Below, piece by piece: positions 57,871 to 64,000 of a DNA stretch of 64,000 bases (its first letter is position 1; each line of letters begins with the position of its first letter). The stretch comes from Macrostomum lignano. Its lineage: Eukaryota. The position numbers and the translations under genes are program-made. The notes under the pieces were generated by a model. It had not been told where the DNA came from and made no database searches. It worked only from the letters and a program-made list of their open reading frames with translations. The stretch covers positions 142,640 to 206,639 of the forward strand of contig NIVC01002079.1 in NCBI GenBank assembly GCA_002269645.1, written 5' to 3'.

Positions 57871-58559
57871 TGACCCGCACCAGTAGACTGCACCCGGAGA
57901 AGAAACTGTCTGTCCTTGGCTACGCGGACGACCTCGCCCTGCTGTCTTCGACGGCCGAAGGCGCCCAACGGCTGCTGGACGGCTTGACTGCGGCGGCGGC
58001 AAGGCCTGGGCTGCCTTCCGATCTGTGCGGGCGGTGCTGCTCTCCGAGGCCCTGTCCGACGGCGCCAGGTCCCAGCTGTTCCAGGCAGTTGTTGAGACCG
58101 CCCTGCTGCACAATGCTGAGACCTGGACGCTGACCGGGGCGCTTGAGGCGCAGCTCGACGCGGCACATGCGGCCCTAGTCCGCGCCGCTTTCGGCGCCCG
58201 CCGCGGCCCTGGCAGCGAGACAACCAAGTCCCTGTACAAGCGCACAGGCCTGACGCGGCCTTCTGCCCTGCTGAGTCAGCGGCGCCTGCGGCTGGCCGGA
58301 CATGTCATCCGGGCCGAAGCTTACTGCCCAGAGCCGCTGCAGGACGTCCTGTTGTGGACACCGCAGGGACCGCGCAGGCGTGGCCAGGGACGATCAGCCC
58401 GCTACGTCGACCGCCTTTTTGAAGATGCGCGAGCACCCAGCCAGGCGGCCGGTGTGAAGCACTTTAGAGACCTAGCTCTGAAACGCGCGATTTGACGCTC
58501 CCCCTTTTGGCCACTTCTGTGGCTGGCGTGGGGCGTAACTATTATTATTATTATTATTA
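57871..58559 (+). mobile_element. 5'-truncated, internally deleted RTE-like LINE
   Basis: RT motif LGYADDLALL, then GKAWAAFRSV...LLHNAETWTLT...RLRLAGHVIR in a second frame, and an (ATT)n tail. 15-bp TSD TTAAGGCTTAACTAT at 57856-57870 and 58560-58574. Confidence 0.9.
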
Positions 58560-59820
58560 TTAAGGCTTAACTATGCCAGAGTATGCTAAATACAATGGCA
58601 ATAAGTTAAGTAGTATAACGAATCAATTTTTTCCTGATGCGAATCAGGAATATTGATTATCCTACACGAATTCTGTATCCTACACGAATGTTTTAATTCT
58701 ATGTGGTACCTAGCAAAAAAGCTAGTCAGCTAGAAGTATCGAATAAAATTATAATCTCAAAAATTCTGCAACGAAATTGTCACAATATCAGGGGCGTATC
58801 TAGGGGGGGATACGGGGATATATCCCCCCATTTTTATGATTTATAGGAAACAAAAATGAGTTTTTTTGGAAAAAAATGTAATATGCAGCAGCATAGACGT
58901 AGAAAAATTGCCAAGATCGGCCTATTTTACCAGTAGTTACTATTAAAATGTTTTAAATGATTATCTCAGCGAATCTCTAGTTCCAAAAATGTCGTACTAT
59001 GTCGTAAAATGTCGACAATATACTATAAATCTAAATCTGCTTTATGCGTAAATGTTTTGGTGTAATGGATTAAATGTCAATATTTCACCGGATAACAATA
59101 CAAGTAAAACTTGACATTATTCTCTGAAAGTTAAGAGAGAAATAACTGCTTACAATAGCTTTCTTATGACAGATTGTATTTGTTTTTTTAACAACATAAA
59201 ATTTTACAAAATTTCAAATAATCGACGACGACTATTTAATATTTATTGAATCTAACTAACGGATGCATGAAATTCTGAATTCATCCATGCCCTAATGATG
59301 AGATGAAAGGAGGAGCTTACATATATTTATCTTTGCTGCTGCATTGAATCGATTTTTTATTTTTTAGCTCGATGCGTTATAACTATAACAAGGCCGACTT
59401 CCAATTCCTAGAATATTCTGTATTTTTTACTCTTAGTTGTAGTTTGTAATAATTTAGTTCGTAGGCTCTCAACCAGCATAATAAGCATAATTATAAATCC
59501 ATTGGCAGAAAATTAGAATTTAGAATTACAAGCCAGTTACAAGACTCCTAAGTTTGGGCCTCGGCCTAGACAAAAAATATACTGCAAAATCATTTTTGCC
59601 ATTATTGACTTTTACAAAGTGGGTTGACCATTCACAGTCTAGTCTATACAATATAGAACACATCTCCCACTAGAGACAGCATTGCCAATGGCTATGTCAA
59701 TGAAGTCTTTATAGTACCAGCAGCCATGTCATTAATAGACTCCTATTAAAAAGTTTACACTTAAACATGGAGGGTAGCTCTGTGTCCCTAATATAGAATC
59801 TATTTAACATTAGAGATAGG

Positions 59821-60218
59821 TAGAGGTCGGACAGGATTGAAATCTTCGGGCGGGATCGGGATCGGGAATAATTTTTTTCTCGGGATCGGGATCAGGATCG
59901 GGATTCGGGAATCGGGATCAGGTCTTTTAGTGTATTGTCCATGTAAAGTTAAACAAAATTGAGAAAGATTGTCAAGATCAAGAAGTAAAACACAATGAAA
60001 TTGATATGAAGTTTTGTAACCAACAAAGTAAATAATGTAACGAGTACAAGTTAAAGCAAAATACCTTCAAGTAATCACTAATTCTATAAATTATTAATCG
60101 AAAGACCTGTTCCCGAATCTCGAGTTTTTTAGGGTCGGGATTCTGGTCCCGCGGGAATTCAATTTTCCTCGGGTTCCCGAGATTTCGGGATCAGGATCGG
60201 GATCCCGTCCGACCTCTA
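59821..60218. mobile_element. Non-autonomous hAT-type DNA transposon (MITE 1, 398 bp)
   Basis: 17-bp TIR TAGAGGTCGGAC(A/G)GGAT (16/17 match); 8-bp TSD GAGATAGG; subterminal CGGGAT repeats. Confidence 0.88.
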
Positions 60219-60549
60219 GAGATAGGGTCTCAACAGCATAAATATAATTCTCATTTCTCACAAAAATATTTAGTGTTCCGCCATAAGGAGGGTCCATGTA
60301 CTGTAGCTGTAGCCATAAGCAAAACTATGGGTTATTCCAATTCTCCATATTCCATAGCCGTAGGGACTAGGGATCCCATTATTACTTTGATAATATAGTT
60401 TACTAAAGTATCTTTGTTTTACTCTACCTGTTTCTAATAGGGGGGGGCTATTTTTTTCAATTTTTTAAAATAATAACTATAGCTATGGGAATCTATAGAA
60501 TGTGGTAGCAACTATCATATTTCTATATAGCCATAAGAGTAGGCCTAGC

Positions 60550-61053
60550 CCACACTCCAGATCATGAAGTATACACCCAAAAATTAAGGCGTGCATTGGC
60601 CTTGCATGCCAAAATTAGGCGTGCACAGTTGGCATGCATCACTCCTGAGAAAAAAGTATGCGTGCCCACCTGGCGTACACTTTATAGAATCATGCGTAAG
60701 AGTTATTGTAAAGTAGAAAAAAGATGAAAAAAAGTTCATTTTTAGGCATAAATTTCAAGCTTTCCGGTTTTTTCCAGCTCGTAAAAGAGTATTTAAACAA
60801 ATCTTTGCGTGTATAAACTTTCCACTGTAAATAGTATCGCCCAAAAAGCCTTAAAAGCAACAAAATTATCTAATAATAAGGGTCTATTATGCAATTGAAA
60901 AAAGGTCTTTTATTGTCACAACATAAAAAAGGTCATTTATCGTCGCAACACTGGCATATTTTTGAGAATAGGCATGCACTAATTTTTTTCGGCGTGCATT
61001 TGTAATTATTCAATTTTTGTTCAGGCGTGCACCCAGCATGATCCAGACTATGG
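60550..61053. mobile_element. Non-autonomous hAT-type DNA transposon (MITE 2, 504 bp)
   Basis: Imperfect 17-bp TIR (CCACACTCCAGATCATG versus CCATAGTCTGGATCATG, 13/17); 8-bp TSD GGCCTAGC at 60542-60549 and 61054-61061. Confidence 0.7.
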
Positions 61054-62799
61054 GGCCTAGCTAGCTAACATAGGCATATCTATAGCTAACATAGGCACCT
61101 ATTTTATCATATTTGCCATAAGATTCCATAGCCAAAGCTATGGCTATGGTGGAATACTATCTTAATTAATCTTTTAATTTTTGAATTTAGTCTAGATATA
61201 GGCCTATTTGTAATTTTAACAAAATTGAAATTTAATATAGAAGTGTTTATTTTGTCAATAAGTTTATTTTATTGTTCCTATTTAGAAAACAACTTTTATA
61301 GGACCTACTATGTTAAATTATGTCTATTTTAAAAAGATTAAAAGAACAAAGGCATATGTAAAAAGCAAAAGTTTTGAAAAAATTGTAGTCTCTTATTACA
61401 AATTTTGCCTATTTATAACAATATTAGTGATGTAATAGTAGTAGTATACCTATTTACTTGACTTAGCTGCAAGGGGTTCCATGTGTCTAGAAACAGCAAA
61501 GAGGCATTGCCACCTATTTTGCTAACCTCTTGCAAATAATAGTGGTATAATGCTAAGCAAATGCTTCCTTGGCAGATAGCAAATAAAGTTAGCAATCAAA
61601 ACTTAGTCAGATAAAATCAATATAAACAATAGATTAGCTAGTTAGATTGATTCTATTAAATTATACCTTATTTATTTGGTTGACAGTAGATCACACTGAA
61701 AGGCACTAGCAAAATAAAGCTAAGAACAAAGGCATGCTATTGGCAGTGACTTACAATGGAAGGAAAATTGGATAAATAAACAAAACATGCATTGCATGAA
61801 AGGCAAGGGAGTAAAAAGAAATAAGCATATAAGAAGCAAATTTAAAACCCTATTAGGGAACATACTATGGGTAATATAGGATAACAAACTTTCATAATTA
61901 TTATTATATTGATTACAATTATTTAATTCTAGAAAGGAAATATACCAAAATTTGGCCAACATTAGCAATGTTATCTTATATCTAAAGCTGAGTGGATCAA
62001 TCAATCGACTGGCTGGGTTTTACGCATATCTCCTCCTAAATGGCTGGCAACTCAAATGCAGGACTTATATATATCAATGTAAAATTTTCCTACGCAACAA
62101 ATAGGCTATTTTAATGTTGAAGTTTTCAAAATTAAGTCTATTAAAAAAGCAGAAAACTGTTTTCTTAACCTTCTTTGGCCACTTTTTCTGCTCTGAACTG
62201 AAAATTTGCATCAGTTTTGAGTGACTGCGCCACAACTTTTTCCTATCTCGGCAGTGTATTTTCTCTCCAGTGGGGGGATGGGGGCATTCTAAGTGGCTGC
62301 GTGTATATACTTGGACCCTTGCTAACTGGCGGGCAGTGAAATTCAATGCATAAACTTGCAAGCCTCTCACTGTAGTAGGCAGTGAATGTATGTCACACAT
62401 ATTCAATGCTTTAAACTGGGAAATTTCAAACGCAAACTGTTCCTCAAGTTTTGAACTTTGAAAGAAGAGACTTATATTGCTGGAAAGATCTTTCAATGCT
62501 GATATAAGTTGTTTGCTTTAAGTATGAAAACTAAAAGCACAGTATTCAAAAAACAATTTCCATACTTTTAACTTTCTGCAAATATTGTACTCATTTTTGC
62601 GAGATGCAATAGATAAATTTGGGGCTTCAACTTCTAACTATATTATCAGCGCCTTTCAACAGGCAGTACTTTGCAGCTCTAACCCTAACCCTAACCATTG
62701 AATCCTTTTCTTTGCATATATTTAAGCCAGACAATTAGAAAGCGTTTTTAATACACTCCAATTTAACAGAGTCTGTTGATTAAATTGATGGATTTTTGC

Positions 62800-63160
62800 T
62801 TGAAGGAGATAATATTGATAGATATTCGTTTAACAGAGTGAATTTTGATGAATATCGGTTTCACAGAGAGGATTTTAGTGGATTTGAGTTTCACGGAGAG
62901 GATTTTGATGGAGTTCTGTTTCACAGAGAGGATTTTGATAGATTTCTGTTTCATGGAGGGAATTTTGATGGATTTAAGTTTCACGGAGAGGATTTTGATG
63001 GAGTTCTGTTTCACAGAGGGAATTTTGATAGATTTCTGTTTCACGGAGAGGATTTTAATGGAGTTCTATTTCATGGAGAGGATTTTGATAGAGTTCTGTT
63101 TCACGGAGGGAATTTTGATGGATTTCTGTTTCACAGAGAGGATTTTGATGGATTTTAGAG
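62800..63160. repeat. 30-bp minisatellite
   Basis: Unit GATTTTGATGGAGTTCTGTTTCACAGAGAG, about 12 copies. Confidence 0.92.
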
Positions 63161-64000
63161 AGGACTTGGATGATGGGATTTGGGTCATAGGATTTAGCTG
63201 ATGAATTCTGGTGATGGGAGTTCTTCCCCTTTCTCCTCCAACAGAGGAGTTGGCCTCGTATCCTTATATATTTTAAGCCTAAAACTAACTTTTTGGCTTT
63301 ATTGCAAATTCAAAGGTTTTTAGGTTTTGGCTATTTTATCTATATTAGATTTATTATAAAAAGCTAAAAAAAGCATATTGGACTATAGATATTGGTTAAA
63401 TAAAAAAGTTATCTAGATGGGTCTTAATTTTGCACATTTAATTATTTTCTTAAAATTTTTTACTTCAAATTGATATACAATGATATAGCTTGAAAGATTT
63501 GTCTCTGGTATAAAGTATAACTATTAGTTAGATAGGTAGACTTATTCAGTGGTCAATCAATATAGGATAGATATAGTAGACTTATTAACTCAAGCATTTA
63601 TAACTCAATTATCTTAGTGCAATACTAAAACCATGGGTGGCTACCTATTTGCTGCTACACTTATAACCATTGTTTATTGTTGATTTTTTATCTGTAAGAC
63701 TATCCATTCACCAAGTTTCACTAGTTGGCAGTTTTTAATTTATTACCAATCTGTCCATTGAATCTATTATGGTATTTATCATTAAACTAAATAGAAACTA
63801 CAATTCCTAAAGAAAATAGTTAAACATAGGCCTATGATAGGCACTAAAAAGTATTAATTGTTTTATTACGAGTATATCAGAAAAAGTATATATGATAGTT
63901 CAAAGGCAAAAACAAAACCTTATTGGAATTTTTATTAAAAATCATAAATGCATGCTAGGTGCTTTTAGAAAACCTGCAGACACACTTTAGACCCCTAGAA

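Noticed and set aside
58789-58830. CAGGGGCGTATCTAGGGGGG, resembling a DNA-transposon terminus
   Set aside because: No matching second TIR or TSD was found in the window.
62074-62496. 140-aa minus-strand ORF with possible splice sites near 62170 and 62370
   Set aside because: No recognisable domain and no partner exon within the window; it could be an exon of a gene beyond the right edge but cannot be supported.

Overview
This is eukaryotic (metazoan) DNA, not prokaryotic. It has GC-rich, Gln/Ala-rich exons with GT-AG introns, most of which contain their own minisatellite, plus TTAGGG-type repeats. That style fits a flatworm such as Macrostomum (inference, not verified). Genes reconstructed by hand, in order: 5' part of a 4E-T/EIF4ENIF1 homolog (-, runs off the left edge); an unidentified acidic exon (+); a two-exon PTP1B/TC-PTP-like phosphatase (+); a 93-aa tail-anchored ORF resembling the TC-PTP48 C-terminus (+); two tandem carbonyl reductase (CBR1-like) genes (+); an intronless calmodulin-like gene (-); AF10/MLLT10 (+, with a 1-nt frameshift in its PHD finger); a reduced ZMYND8-like gene lacking PWWP (-); and a 10-exon junctophilin of about 1086 aa (+). 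Mobile elements: a probable solo LTR, three tRNA-derived SINE copies (two CORE/MIR-like), a 5'-truncated RTE-like LINE and two hAT-type MITEs, most with target-site duplications. The strongest unexplained signal is two nearly CpG-free domains (about 3.85-7.0 kb and 59.6-64 kb). A 79-bp repeat copy inside one domain differs from its sibling outside by 16 substitutions, 15 of them C>T/G>A, and has lost all 8 CpGs, which suggests region-restricted, RIP-like or methylation-driven cytosine hypermutation. All coordinates and counts were read by eye; repeat boundaries are approximate.
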